64,000 nt of DNA from Syntrophorhabdaceae bacterium (GTDB taxonomy: Bacteria; Desulfobacterota; Syntrophorhabdia; Syntrophorhabdales; Syntrophorhabdaceae). The position numbers and the translations under genes are program-made. The DNA lies in NCBI GenBank assembly GCA_963666485.2, contig CAXXUO010000002.1, positions 384,001 through 448,000 of the forward strand. The letters run 5' to 3'. The notes under the pieces were generated by a model that was not told where the DNA came from, ran no database searches, and worked only from the letters and a program-made list of their open reading frames with translations. How positions within the stretch are numbered: the stretch's first letter is position 1; every line of letters starts with the position of its first letter. Below, in pieces: positions 38,641 through 50,666 of this stretch.

Positions 38641-39411
38641 GTGGTGCCGAAAAAGAATATTCCCGAACCGGATATAGGAAAGCGGTTTCAGAACGGGACA
38701 AAATATACCCCTGAGTCACTCGCCGGACACACCCATAATTTCGCGTCTATCCCCCCGACCTTCAAGGAATATTCGGATCCCCTCATGCGGGTGTCCCTGC
38801 CCGAGCCAAAGGCGAAAGGCGAAACAAACATCTGGAAGCTTTTCCTGAAAAGAAGGTCACGAAGGGAATATGCAGCGGGAAAGCCCCTTGCGCTCAATGA
38901 CCTCGCTGCACTCCTGTGGGCCGCCCAGGGGCTTACAGCACAATTTGGTGATACGTTCTTCAGGACCGCGCCTTCCGCGGGCGCCCTGTACCCCGTCGAG
39001 ACCTATCTCTACGCCCATGCCGTGGAGGGACTCGAAGAAGGCCTTTACCATTTCCGGCCGGGTGATTACGACCTTGAATTCTTAAAAAGAGGAAACTTCT
39101 CGGTGAGGCTCGCGGAAGCGGCGCTCGGACAGTCCATGTTTTTGAATGCCCAGGTGACGTTCATCTGGTCGTCGATCATTGCCCGGGGCCAATGGAAATA
39201 CCATCAGCGTGCCTATCGCTACACCTACATAGATGCAGGTCATATCGCGCAGAACCTCTACCTTGCCGGGGAAGGCCTCGGGCTCGGCGTATGTGCGGTC
39301 GGCGCCTTCTATGATGATGATATCAATGCGATTATGGGATTTGACGGCGAAAACGAAACCGTGATCTATATGGCAACCGTCGGTTTTCGATCGCCCGACG
39401 AATCGATATGA
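38641..39411 (+). CDS. SagB/ThcOx family nitroreductase-fold dehydrogenase
   Basis: RRSRREY, LLWAAQG, RTAPSAGALYP, DAGHIAQN, GAFYDD. Confidence 0.9.
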   Translation: MVPKKNIPEPDIGKRFQNGTKYTPESLAGHTHNFASIPPTFKEYSDPLMRVSLPEPKAKGETNIWKLFLKRRSRREYAAGKPLALNDLAALLWAAQGLTAQFGDTFFRTAPSAGALYPVETYLYAHAVEGLEEGLYHFRPGDYDLEFLKRGNFSVRLAEAALGQSMFLNAQVTFIWSSIIARGQWKYHQRAYRYTYIDAGHIAQNLYLAGEGLGLGVCAVGAFYDDDINAIMGFDGENETVIYMATVGFRSPDESI

Positions 39412-39425
39412 ACAAAGGAGCTATT

Positions 39426-40481
39426 ATGTACGAACAGGGAGTGATAAGGCCGCCCAGCGAAGCTCAGAGCCTTTTGATACGTGTAACGAGGAACTGCCCG
39501 TGGAACCAGTGTATCTTCTGCCCCGCCTACAAGGGCGTCAAATTCTCGCGGCGCACTGTCGAGGAGGTCAAGAAAGACATCGACAGCATGGAAAAGGAAT
39601 ATGCCGCTTACAAAGGAATGATCCGGTCAGCCTTTCTCCAGGATGCGGACAGCCTCGTCCTCAAGACGGCTGACATACTCGATATTATCAATTACACGAA
39701 ACAGAAATTTCCGGGGCTCGAAAGGATAACGACGTATGCCCGCGCTACAACGCTCAAGCGCAAAAGCGTCGAGGAACTGCGCCAGCTGCGTGACGCCGGC
39801 CTCACCCGGATACACGTAGGCATGGAAAGCGGTTCGGCAAACGTCCTCAAAATGATACGGAAGGGCATTACGCCCGAAGATATCGTCGAGGGCGGCAAGA
39901 AGGTCGTCGAAGCAGGGATGTCGCTGTCGGAATATATCATGCCGGGGGTCGGCGGGAAGAGTTTAAGCTCCGAAAATGCCGTCGAGACCGCACGGCTGCT
40001 CAACCAGATCAAGCCGGATTTCATACGCGTCAGGACCTTTGCGATGCACCCGCAGTCACCCATGAGAAAACTGGTCGAGAACGGGACGTTCGTACCGATC
40101 AACGATATCGAGATAGTTGCGGAGATACGGCTTCTCGTCGCAACCCTCGATGAGATGCACACGTATTTCTCCTGCGGGGATTTCAGCCTCAATCTCCTTA
40201 TGCAGGTAGACGGGTATCTTGATGAAAAGAAGGCGTACATGCTCTCGGAACTGGACAAGTTCCTGGCCCTGACACCCGCCCAGCAGAAGATCTACACCCT
40301 GCTGAGGCGCTCATCGTACATGCAGTACCCCATCGAGGCCGTCCAGAATGAAGAGGTTATGAAAAAGATACTTCCGGAGATCGAGAAGCTGGAAAAAGAC
40401 GACCCGAACGGGTTCCATAATTATATAGAGATGCTGAAGTCGTACCAGCTTCCGCAGCCGCAGACGGATGACTGGCAATAA
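39426..40481 (+). CDS. Radical SAM protein
   Basis: IRPPSEA, CPWNQCIFC, GMESG. Confidence 0.9.
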   Translation: MYEQGVIRPPSEAQSLLIRVTRNCPWNQCIFCPAYKGVKFSRRTVEEVKKDIDSMEKEYAAYKGMIRSAFLQDADSLVLKTADILDIINYTKQKFPGLERITTYARATTLKRKSVEELRQLRDAGLTRIHVGMESGSANVLKMIRKGITPEDIVEGGKKVVEAGMSLSEYIMPGVGGKSLSSENAVETARLLNQIKPDFIRVRTFAMHPQSPMRKLVENGTFVPINDIEIVAEIRLLVATLDEMHTYFSCGDFSLNLLMQVDGYLDEKKAYMLSELDKFLALTPAQQKIYTLLRRSSYMQYPIEAVQNEEVMKKILPEIEKLEKDDPNGFHNYIEMLKSYQLPQPQTDDWQ

Positions 40482-40482
40482 G

Positions 40483-40569
40483 AAAAAAACTTGGATCCCG
40501 GTGTCAAGCACCGGGATGACGACCAAGGGAGAGAAGCCGTTAGCCGTTAGCCGTTAGCCGTTAGCCGTT
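40483..40569 (-). repeat. REP-A plus (AGCCGTT)5
   Basis: Read directly; lies between convergent genes. Confidence 0.92.
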
Positions 40570-41488
40570 TCACCAACTCCGACGGCATCAGCACTTCCAG
40601 CCGTATAGGGCCTTCACCGAGGATGTTCTCGAGCTTCACTTTTTTCTCGGCAAATTTTTCCGCGAGCTCCCCGTCTATCGTGAGATGGTAATCGACATTG
40701 CCGAGAAGGGCGTGGGCAATGTGCGAGATATGCCTGTCGAGCTTCTCCTGGCAGTATTTCTTCCGCACGATATCGAGAATGAAACCGATGTGGCTGTCCT
40801 GCAAGGGAAGCCGGGGGCAGCTCTTCTTCCCGATATTGACGACTCTGTTGAGTAGGCCGAGCAGCCTCTTGCACGCTTCTGCCTGGGGGCCCATGAGGTC
40901 GGGATGATAGTCATATTTGGGTAAAATGTTCTTCAGGACCGACCAGTTGAGATCGTATTGAATGTGCTTCATGTCGCCCCATACCTTGATGTCATAGACC
41001 GTATGGAGGGCCGCGGCGCAATCCCGGAGGATCGCAGTGTCCTGCTCAAACCCCTCGTAGGCCGGTGCCCCGGGACCGTTCCTCATGACGGAGGACACGT
41101 GCTCGTAGAGCCGGGGATGGGCATGCTCGCCCACCATATCGTCATGGCCGCTTATGATATCAAGCCGGTCATAGAGGTCTACGATGGCCCGCCAGTGGGC
41201 CGTGTCGGCATTGTCGCTCTCAGGCCACGTTTCGAATGTGTCGATATTGTCCGTGATCTGAAAGGTGTCCGTAACGCAAAGCCCGCCGCGGTTCATATGA
41301 ATGACAAAATCGAGTTCCATCTCATCGACCGACGTGACGAGGCTCAGTTTTTCTTTCTCGAAAAGGTGCCATAAAGAAGCGACCGCCTTTTTTTCCCTGG
41401 CGAGGCCCTTATCACCCACATTTTTGCTCGCGGCGAGATCAAGGATGTAGTAATCGACATAGGCATTGGGATGCCGTGTTCCTGCCAT
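40547..41488 (-). CDS. Hypothetical protein with PIN-like terminal motifs
   Basis: AYVDYYIL, LVTS, HIAHALLGNVDYHLTID; SD AGGTGA. Confidence 0.7.
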   Translation of the reverse strand: MAGTRHPNAYVDYYILDLAASKNVGDKGLAREKKAVASLWHLFEKEKLSLVTSVDEMELDFVIHMNRGGLCVTDTFQITDNIDTFETWPESDNADTAHWRAIVDLYDRLDIISGHDDMVGEHAHPRLYEHVSSVMRNGPGAPAYEGFEQDTAILRDCAAALHTVYDIKVWGDMKHIQYDLNWSVLKNILPKYDYHPDLMGPQAEACKRLLGLLNRVVNIGKKSCPRLPLQDSHIGFILDIVRKKYCQEKLDRHISHIAHALLGNVDYHLTIDGELAEKFAEKKVKLENILGEGPIRLEVLMPSELVKRLTANG

Positions 41489-41735
41489 GTATCACCTGTA
41501 TTTCCGTTCTTCTTGTGTGCCGGTCGATACGCCTTATCGAGTACGAAAGTCTTCCCTGGTGAGCGCGAGCATCAGCAACAGATCGTAGATTTCTTAATAA
41601 CCTTCCCCTTACCCCTGCTTCATTATAACAAATGTCACCGGGAATTGAAGAGATATTTGCACCCTGCCGGAGGTGCGTATCCGGATATGTGGTTTGTCGT
41701 TGAAATAGGTGCGATTTGACTATATTTTATTATCG

Positions 41736-42554
41736 ATGAAAGTAATGGGGCCATGCCGCGCATGCCTTGCGGGATTGATCGATAAGACCGTGTCTTTATC
41801 GGGAGGCAGTCAAGGTGTGAGAGATTCTTCGCTTAACCTCCTCGACAGCATCTACGACCGGCAAGCTACCCCTCCTGCCATCGCGAACGTTCTTCTCGAC
41901 CATATAAGGCGCAAGACGGGGGTCGTAGATCCCTACGCAACGATCAAGTACCGGGAATTAAGGCTGGCCCGCTCATTCGCAAGCAGGCGGCACGGTGAAA
42001 AACCGGCTTCGTTATGGGACCATATCCACCTGTCCGCCCTCGGCAATTCCACGGACTTTTTTACGGGCGGGTCATTCGACACAGGCTCCTTTGTCCTCGC
42101 GGGTGATAAAGACAGGGTCGAGGCGGCCCTCTTTAGCGGCGGGAATGAGATAATGATGCTTGGGGATAACATGGGCGATTTCGTCTTTGACGCCGCACTC
42201 GCACACTTCCTGGAAGAAAAGGGGAAGAAGGTTTTTTACGCCGTTAAAGGAGGTCCCGTCCAGAACGATGTTTCGATGGAAGATGTGGCCCGCCACAGAC
42301 TCGAAAGGACCTATTCATCCATTGTTTCCACGGGCTGCGCCCGCGTCGGGCTCGCAAGAAGCGACATGACGGGAACGATCCGGCAATTGTGGGAAGAAGG
42401 CGTGCCCGTCATTGCGAAAGGCATGGGAAATTTCGAGACGATCAGTGAATTTGACGATGAACGTCAAGTGGTATATATAATGAAGGTAAAATGCCCTGCT
42501 GTCGCACATGCCGTACAAAGCGATATCGGGACATACATCGTTTACATGAGGTGA
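41736..42554 (+). CDS. ARMT1-like (DUF89) damage-control phosphatase
   Basis: CxxC at N-terminus, DPY, GN..D, DNMGD, NDV, IAKGMGNFETI, KC. Confidence 0.88.
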   Translation: MKVMGPCRACLAGLIDKTVSLSGGSQGVRDSSLNLLDSIYDRQATPPAIANVLLDHIRRKTGVVDPYATIKYRELRLARSFASRRHGEKPASLWDHIHLSALGNSTDFFTGGSFDTGSFVLAGDKDRVEAALFSGGNEIMMLGDNMGDFVFDAALAHFLEEKGKKVFYAVKGGPVQNDVSMEDVARHRLERTYSSIVSTGCARVGLARSDMTGTIRQLWEEGVPVIAKGMGNFETISEFDDERQVVYIMKVKCPAVAHAVQSDIGTYIVYMR

Positions 42555-42560
42555 CCTGCG

Positions 42561-43490
42561 ATGGCAGAAAAACAGGATTACTACGATCTTCTCGGGGTAC
42601 CAAGAACTGCGTCCGAGGATGATATAAAGAAGGCATACCGGAAACTGGCATTGAAATATCACCCCGACCGCAATCCCGGCAACAAGGAGGCCGAGGAAAA
42701 GTTCAAGAAGATCAACGAGGCCTATGCTGTTTTGAGCGATCCCGAAAAACGTAAGCAGTTCGATCAGTTCGGGATGGGAGGCTTCCAGCAGCGCTACAGC
42801 GAGGAAGACATATTCAGGGGCTTCAATGTCGGTGACCTGTTCAAGGACCTGGGATTTGGCGGCGGCGACATCTTCAGCATGATCTTCGGGAACCGTGGCG
42901 CCGGACGGGCGGGACGCCAGCAACGGCAGCAGCAGTCCTGGGATTTCGGCGACTATATAACGCGCGAACAGCGCGGGGCAGAAGCAACGCAGGACCTTGA
43001 CCTGTACTATGAACTCGAGATCCCCTTCATGGACGCCATGCACGGCGCCGAAAAAAGAATATCCCTGGCAACGCAGTCGGGGACCGAAGAGGTTAACGTC
43101 AAGATACCCAAAGGCATCGCCACAGGCAAGAAACTGAGATTGAAAGGAAAAGGCAACATCGGGCGGTCCGGGCGCGGCGACCTCTACATTACGATGAAGG
43201 TCGGTGAGCACCCGGTCTTCAAACGCACCGGCAACGACCTCTATGTAAAAAAAGAGGTGAAAGTCACCGATGCCCTTCTTGGTACGGTTGTCGAGGTCCC
43301 GTCAATAGCAGGTCCCAAACGGGTGACAATACCGCCGGGCGTGCGGAGCCACTCCAAGGTCCGTCTGAAAGGCCTCGGGGTCCCGGGGGAAAATGGCGAT
43401 GAATACGTCGAGGTCATTATCGACGTCCCGAAAAAACTGACCGAAAAACAGAAGGCGCTCCTCGAAGAACTAAGAAAGGAAGGCCTCTGA
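42561..43490 (+). CDS. DnaJ class B chaperone (CbpA-like, no Zn finger)
   Basis: J domain YHPDRN, G/F region, C-terminal DnaJ domains. Confidence 0.92.
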   Translation: MAEKQDYYDLLGVPRTASEDDIKKAYRKLALKYHPDRNPGNKEAEEKFKKINEAYAVLSDPEKRKQFDQFGMGGFQQRYSEEDIFRGFNVGDLFKDLGFGGGDIFSMIFGNRGAGRAGRQQRQQQSWDFGDYITREQRGAEATQDLDLYYELEIPFMDAMHGAEKRISLATQSGTEEVNVKIPKGIATGKKLRLKGKGNIGRSGRGDLYITMKVGEHPVFKRTGNDLYVKKEVKVTDALLGTVVEVPSIAGPKRVTIPPGVRSHSKVRLKGLGVPGENGDEYVEVIIDVPKKLTEKQKALLEELRKEGL

Positions 43491-44269
43491 TGCTTCCACG
43501 CAGGCACATCCTCGATGTCTGGGAGATCATCAAGGATACCGAGGACCTCAAATCGATGGCAACGATCACGCTTGCGATCGATGCGATCAAGTACATGCAC
43601 AACGAACCGAAAAAGGACCACCTCGTCGAGGCCCTCGAACTGAACGAGTTCATATGCTTCATGTTTCCCGCCAAGAGGCCGAAGAACAGGTCCCTTCTCT
43701 ACCACGTGGTCTCAGACCTGGTCGGGCTTCTCATGTATGGCATGCCGAATACCCGCAAATATGCCATAGACAATATCGAGACGATCAACTATTCCGAAAA
43801 GAACATGGAGATATACCCCGTTATCGAAGTGTGGAACATGCTCAAGACCAAGGTCAAGAGAGGGAAAAACGAGACGGACGACATCATCGACGGGTTCATA
43901 AGAAAGATCCGCGTCGAGATGGACATTTTGGAAAGGTTCCCTTTCGTGGAAGATATCTTTCAGGAATCGAAGGAACGGATCAAGGAATGGCTCCCCTCGT
44001 TCGCAAGCTATTACGACGAGAACCGCAAGATGGTCCGCGGCACATATGACAAATGGTGGGCCACATGGATGTGTAAAACGAGCAAGGAAGAGATCCTTGG
44101 TGCCATGATCGACCGTCTTGCCGCGCAGACAGAGCATGAATATAACACTGTAATAAACAAGGACAAGATATTTTCTTCGATCATGGCGAACCCGCAGGTC
44201 AACCGGGCCGAAAACGAGCAGTTTACGCGCTGGTATAAGGAAGGCGTAAATTTATTGTTAAAAATTTAA
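43490..44269 (+). CDS. Hypothetical protein (259 aa)
   Basis: TGATG overlap with the DnaJ gene; fills the gap to groES. Confidence 0.8.
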   Translation: MLPRRHILDVWEIIKDTEDLKSMATITLAIDAIKYMHNEPKKDHLVEALELNEFICFMFPAKRPKNRSLLYHVVSDLVGLLMYGMPNTRKYAIDNIETINYSEKNMEIYPVIEVWNMLKTKVKRGKNETDDIIDGFIRKIRVEMDILERFPFVEDIFQESKERIKEWLPSFASYYDENRKMVRGTYDKWWATWMCKTSKEEILGAMIDRLAAQTEHEYNTVINKDKIFSSIMANPQVNRAENEQFTRWYKEGVNLLLKI

Positions 44270-44278
44270 CCCGCAGGG

Positions 44279-44339
44279 TTGACAAAAACTTCCCCTAATC
44301 CTTATATTAATTCTGGCAATCGTTTTTCGTTATTGCTAA
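44279..44339 (+). promoter_or_regulatory. groESL promoter and degenerate CIRCE
   Basis: TTGACA-N18-TATATT; CTGGCAATC-N9-TATTGCTAA at 44313-44339. Confidence 0.6.
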
Positions 44340-44368
44340 TTCAACAACCAAGAAAGGAGTGTGAAACA

Positions 44369-46320
<1,952 letters not shown>

Positions 46321-46336
46321 GAGACAAGAGTAAAAG

Positions 46337-46367
46337 AAAACGGGCCTCAATTGAGGCCCGTTTTTTT
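46337..46367. terminator. Bidirectional intrinsic terminator
   Basis: AAAA-CGGGCCTC-AATT-GAGGCCCG-TTTTTTT. Confidence 0.88.
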
Positions 46368-46381
46368 ATTCACCCTTCCCC

Positions 46382-46597
46382 TTAACCTTCACTGTGATAC
46401 TTAAATGAAATACCGAGGCGTACCCGAAACTGGCTTACTTTTCCATTCTCGACCGTCACATCCTGCTTGATCACCTCAGCAACCCGCAGGTCTTCGAGGC
46501 TTTTCCCCGCGGTATCGAGGGCAACTTTCGCCGCATCTTCCCACGATTTCTCGCTTGTCCCGACTATCTCGATGATCTTGTAAACACTTCCTGGCAT
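46382..46597 (-). CDS. Dodecin family protein
   Basis: SVYKIIEIVGTSEKSWEDAA...SFKY. Confidence 0.92.
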   Translation of the reverse strand: MPGSVYKIIEIVGTSEKSWEDAAKVALDTAGKSLEDLRVAEVIKQDVTVENGKVSQFRVRLGISFKYHSEG

Positions 46598-46673
46598 GTT
46601 CGCCTCCTTTCAGTATAATTTACAAATCAGGTTATAGGGTGTTATAGCACATTATGAAAATCTGTCAATATAT

Positions 46674-46884
46674 ACGGCGAACGGCGAACGGCGAACGGCT
46701 AACGGAAAAAAAGATATGCGGCCTGACTGAAATACAGATGCGCATGGACAGCAAAGGGCTAGCGGAGGAGAATATCCAGCCGTTTATAACTATTGAAATT
46801 GATGGCGGAAAAAACGAAAAGAAATTTCTTGCCCCCAGTCTTTTGCCGTTAGCCGTTAGCCGTTAGCCGTTAGCCGTTCGCCGT
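46674..46884. repeat. Inverted heptamer tracts (ACGGCGA/ACGGCTA at 46674-46705; GCCGTTA at 46845-46884)
   Basis: Read directly. Confidence 0.9.
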
Positions 46885-47775
46885 CTGTACACACACCTCC
46901 CCTGCCCTGCCGGCGATCGTACCGTATTCAACACGACAGGTCGGCGTACCGGGATCTTGCCGGGATGCTTCGGCGATATCTATAAGCCGCTCAAAAGAAT
47001 ACCCCCGCTGCTTTGCCTGATCAATGAATGAGCGGAGAAAACCACTCCAGCGTTTACCTTCGAGTTCTGTATGCACGGTCACGATATTGAGGCCTTCTGT
47101 AAGCAACCCAAGGTAATGGTCCACGAGCACCTTTTCGTCGGTGCTCACGATACCGATGACCTCGTCAAGGGTCGGAAGTGTTGTGGGGATCTGCAGTATG
47201 GGGAATTTTTTCGCGGACATTTCCGGATAGAATGGAAGTTCCCCGCGCGTGTCGGAGCTGTACACCAGTCCCTTTTCGCTGAACATTTTGAGGACAAATG
47301 GATTTATCATCCATCCGGGCGCGGCAAAGGAGCGTGCGTCCGTGCCCGTTACCTCGCGGTATACGGAAAGCAGTTTAACTATCTCGCGTCTTGTTCTTTC
47401 TTCGTCGAAATGCTTTATCGAGTCGTGCCATTTGACATGATCATATCCGTGGATGCCAAGCTCGTGCCCCTCTTGTACGATCTTCCTGATAAGCCCGGTG
47501 TTCTTTTGGGCGATTCGGGGCCCCGGCAGGATGAGCCCGTACATGAGCGTCTTGACGCCGTACGTGCTCACAACGCCTACCCTTCCCGTTTTTTTGAGGA
47601 AGCCTTTCCGGGTGAAGACGCGCTTTACCGTCCTGCCCGTATTGTCCCTGCCCATCGGGACAAAGAAGCTCGCCTTGATTGCGCTGTCCCTGAATATGTC
47701 GAGGAGGACCGGCACCCCGCTGCGCATACCGGCAAAGGTATCGACATCCACCTTTATGCCAATCGTCCGATCCAT
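46870..47775 (-). CDS. arnD: ArnD-like deformylase (polysaccharide deacetylase fold)
   Basis: KVDVDT, HGYDHVKW, AAPGW, PTTLPTLDE, HTELEG. Confidence 0.85.
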   Translation of the reverse strand: MDRTIGIKVDVDTFAGMRSGVPVLLDIFRDSAIKASFFVPMGRDNTGRTVKRVFTRKGFLKKTGRVGVVSTYGVKTLMYGLILPGPRIAQKNTGLIRKIVQEGHELGIHGYDHVKWHDSIKHFDEERTRREIVKLLSVYREVTGTDARSFAAPGWMINPFVLKMFSEKGLVYSSDTRGELPFYPEMSAKKFPILQIPTTLPTLDEVIGIVSTDEKVLVDHYLGLLTEGLNIVTVHTELEGKRWSGFLRSFIDQAKQRGYSFERLIDIAEASRQDPGTPTCRVEYGTIAGRAGEVCVQTANG

Positions 47776-47782
47776 GCTTTAT

Positions 47783-48823
47783 TTACCGGCGCGCCTGGGA
47801 GAAGCTTGTTGCAAGGTAATAATCAAGGGTCTTGCCGAGCGCCGTATCGAGGTCGACCTTCGGTTCCCACCCGATAAGCTCTTTTGCCCTGGCTATCGAT
47901 GGTACCCTCCGGTCTATATCCTGGTACCCTTCTCCGTAAAAATCCTTTGAAAATACCTCGATTATCTCGGAATGCTTCGCGAAATGCCCCGTCCTGGGGT
48001 CGCTCGTGAACATATCCTTCAGTTTCGTGGCAAGTTCTTTGACCGTTGCTTCATTTTTGGGGTTGCCTATATTGAAGATCTGCCCGTTGAGTTTGTCATC
48101 CTTGTTCTCAACGATCTTCATCAGACATTCGATCCCGTCGTCGATATAGGTAAAGCACCGTTTCTGGAGGCCTCCGTCGACGAGGCGGATCGGTTCCCCG
48201 AGAAAGAGGCTGCTGATAAACTGTGTGACAACGCGTGAGCTGCCTTCTTTTTCCGGGTCGGTCCACAATTCGTCGAGCTTCGGGCCTATCCAGTTAAAAG
48301 GCCGGAACAAGGTGAACTTCAGCCCGTGCTGGAACCCGTATGCCCAGATGACCCGGTCAAGGAGCTGCTTTGACGCACTGTATATCCAACGCTGCTTGTT
48401 GATCGGGCCGAGCACGAGCGGGCTTTCGTCTTCACGGAACTCGGTGTCGGGGCACATGCCGTAGACTTCCGATGTCGAAGGAAAAAGAAGCCTTTTCCCG
48501 TACTTGACACAAAGACGGACCACCTTGAGATTTTCCTCGAAGTCGAGCTCGAAGACCTTGAGCGGCTCCCGCACATATGTCATCGGCGTGGCGATCGCAA
48601 CGAGCGGCATGACGACGTCGCATTTCTTGACGTGGTATTCGATCCATTCCCTGTTGATCGAGATATCGCCCTCGACATAATGGAAACGTTCATGCCCCAG
48701 GCATTCCCCGAGCTTGTCGGCCCGTATGTCGAGCCCGTAGACCTCCCAGTCTGTCTCGTTGAGCACGCGCTCCGCAAGGGCGTTGCCGATAAATCCGTTC
48801 ACTCCGAGTACTAAAAGCCTCAA
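47783..48823 (-). CDS. UDP-glucuronate oxidase/decarboxylase (ArnA C-terminal domain, stand-alone)
   Basis: [48 protein letters not shown] start after AGGAGG. Confidence 0.92.
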   Translation of the reverse strand: MRLLVLGVNGFIGNALAERVLNETDWEVYGLDIRADKLGECLGHERFHYVEGDISINREWIEYHVKKCDVVMPLVAIATPMTYVREPLKVFELDFEENLKVVRLCVKYGKRLLFPSTSEVYGMCPDTEFREDESPLVLGPINKQRWIYSASKQLLDRVIWAYGFQHGLKFTLFRPFNWIGPKLDELWTDPEKEGSSRVVTQFISSLFLGEPIRLVDGGLQKRCFTYIDDGIECLMKIVENKDDKLNGQIFNIGNPKNEATVKELATKLKDMFTSDPRTGHFAKHSEIIEVFSKDFYGEGYQDIDRRVPSIARAKELIGWEPKVDLDTALGKTLDYYLATSFSQARR

Positions 48824-49740
48824 GGATGACCTCCTAAGATAATGTTTTTCAATGTATGGGACGACGCAAGGCCGGCGGCATCCGTCTCGTTCTCGCCTTC
48901 CACCTGCACGGTGATAAGCTTCAATGCCCCGGATCCGGCCTTTACCAGCAAAGGGTCTTCGGATATGACCGCTCCCGCGGGAGCGTTCGCAGATGAGTCC
49001 ACGGGGTATGCCTTCCAGATGAACAGCTTTCTGCCGTCGAAGTACGTGAACGCGCCGGGATACGGATGGGTCACCGCACGCGTCAGGTTGTATATCGCCG
49101 CAGCGTCCCGGTTCCAATCGATGCGCCCGTCCTCGGGCCTGCGCCCGCCGAAATAGGATGAAGGCCCTATCTGCGGGGACCGCGTGAATGTACCGTTCAG
49201 TATCGTCGGCAGGATCTCGTGCATGAGATCACCCGCCGCGTGAACGAGTTTGCGGTAGACGGACAGGACATCGTCTTCAAATTCGATCGTTACTTCCTTT
49301 TGCCCGACAATGTCACCGGCGTCCGGTTTCTCGACCATATCGTGCAGGGTCACCCCGGTCCTTGCCTCGCCGCCTATGATAACCCAGTTCACCGGGCAGC
49401 GCCCGCGGTACTGCGGCAGGAGAGAACCGTGCAGGTTAAAGGCCCCGACCGGTGGTATCTCAAGTATGGAGTTCGGGATCATTTTCCGGTAATAGAACGA
49501 GAAGATCACATCCGGCCGGAGGTCCCGGATGACATCCGTCCATTTTTCCTCTTTTATATTGTCGGGCGTGAATACGGGGATCCCGTGCTTTTCGGCTATC
49601 GCCAGCGGCGTCCTGAACCATATCTCCTCGTCCGGGTCATCTTCGTGGGTGAAAAGACAGGCTACATCGACACCGGCTTCGAGGAGCGCTTCCAGGCAGA
49701 CAAAACCGACCTCCTGGTATGCGAAGACGACTGCTTTCAC
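48820..49740 (-). CDS. UDP-L-Ara4N formyltransferase (ArnA N-terminal domain, stand-alone)
   Basis: [38 protein letters not shown]. Confidence 0.92.
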   Translation of the reverse strand: MKAVVFAYQEVGFVCLEALLEAGVDVACLFTHEDDPDEEIWFRTPLAIAEKHGIPVFTPDNIKEEKWTDVIRDLRPDVIFSFYYRKMIPNSILEIPPVGAFNLHGSLLPQYRGRCPVNWVIIGGEARTGVTLHDMVEKPDAGDIVGQKEVTIEFEDDVLSVYRKLVHAAGDLMHEILPTILNGTFTRSPQIGPSSYFGGRRPEDGRIDWNRDAAAIYNLTRAVTHPYPGAFTYFDGRKLFIWKAYPVDSSANAPAGAVISEDPLLVKAGSGALKLITVQVEGENETDAAGLASSHTLKNIILGGHP

Positions 49741-50666
49741 ATATATTCCTTTTTGATAATATACCGGGGACGCCGCCTGACCTCCTGGTAGATCCTCCCG
49801 ATATATTCCCCGATCACCCCCAGGGCGAATATCTGGATGCCGATGAAGAAGAAGAGGATGCCGATGAGGGTGAACGTGCCTTCTCCCTCGGGGCCTATGA
49901 CGATCCTGCGGACCATAAGGAAGACGGCGAAGGCAAGCCCGACGAAGGCGATGATCACCCCGAGCATGCTTATGAATTGAATAGGCAGAAGGGAAAAATT
50001 GGTCATCAGGTCAAAATTGAGCCTGAAAAGCTTGAAGGGGCTGTACTTGGATGTTCCCTTCTTCCGTTCCTCGTGACCAACCTCTATCTCCGTTATTTTT
50101 TTTGCGAAAGTATTCGCCAGTGCCGGGATGAAGCTCGACGATTCCGGGCACATGTTCATGTAGTCGACTATGTTGCGCCGGTAGGCCCGCAGCATGCACC
50201 CGTAGTCCCTTAAGCGCACCCCGACGAGCTTGGCCGTTATCCTGTTGACGATATACGACGGCAGTTTCCGGAAAAGGGAATCCCGCCTGTTCTTTCTGTA
50301 GGTGGCAACAACCTCGTACCCTTCTTCGGCCTTTGCGACCAGCCTTGGGATCTCTTCGGGCGGGTTCTGGAGGTCCGCGTCGATCGTAACGACTATTTCG
50401 CCGCCGGCATAGTCGAACCCGGCAAAAAGGGCCATGTGCTGCCCGTAGTTCCTGTTGAACTCTATGACCTTTACCCGCGTGTCCTCTTTATGAAAGGACT
50501 CGAGGATCTGTTCCGTCCGGTCGGTGCTTCCGTCATTGATATATATGATCTCGTACGTTTTCTGTATGCCTTGAAGTGCGGCCTGAAGCCGGGTGTGAAG
50601 CTCCGGCAGCGACTCTTCTTCGTTCAGAACGGGAACAAGTACGGAAATGTACGGTTTGTCAGCCAT
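49737..50666 (-). CDS. arnC: Undecaprenyl-phosphate L-Ara4FN transferase (GT2)
   Basis: NDGSTD, RNYGQH, DADLQNPPEEI, DYGCMLRAYRR, GEYIGRIY. Confidence 0.88.
   Translation of the reverse strand: MADKPYISVLVPVLNEEESLPELHTRLQAALQGIQKTYEIIYINDGSTDRTEQILESFHKEDTRVKVIEFNRNYGQHMALFAGFDYAGGEIVVTIDADLQNPPEEIPRLVAKAEEGYEVVATYRKNRRDSLFRKLPSYIVNRITAKLVGVRLRDYGCMLRAYRRNIVDYMNMCPESSSFIPALANTFAKKITEIEVGHEERKKGTSKYSPFKLFRLNFDLMTNFSLLPIQFISMLGVIIAFVGLAFAVFLMVRRIVIGPEGEGTFTLIGILFFFIGIQIFALGVIGEYIGRIYQEVRRRPRYIIKKEYM

Noticed and set aside
38641..40481. Thiazole/oxazole RiPP cluster
   Set aside because: No YcaO, precursor peptide or exporter.
41500..41600. Minus-strand TGT TGC TGA TGC (possible C-C-Sec-C peptide) or riboswitch in the leader
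   Set aside because: No canonical start codon, recognisable SECIS or known aptamer consensus.
46654..46866. 70-aa ORF spanning inverted heptamer tracts (also 63477-63668, 19673-20038, 12010-12345)
   Set aside because: Largely translated repeats (RTANGER, LPLAVSR, KAKGER) or antisense to real genes; no supporting motif.
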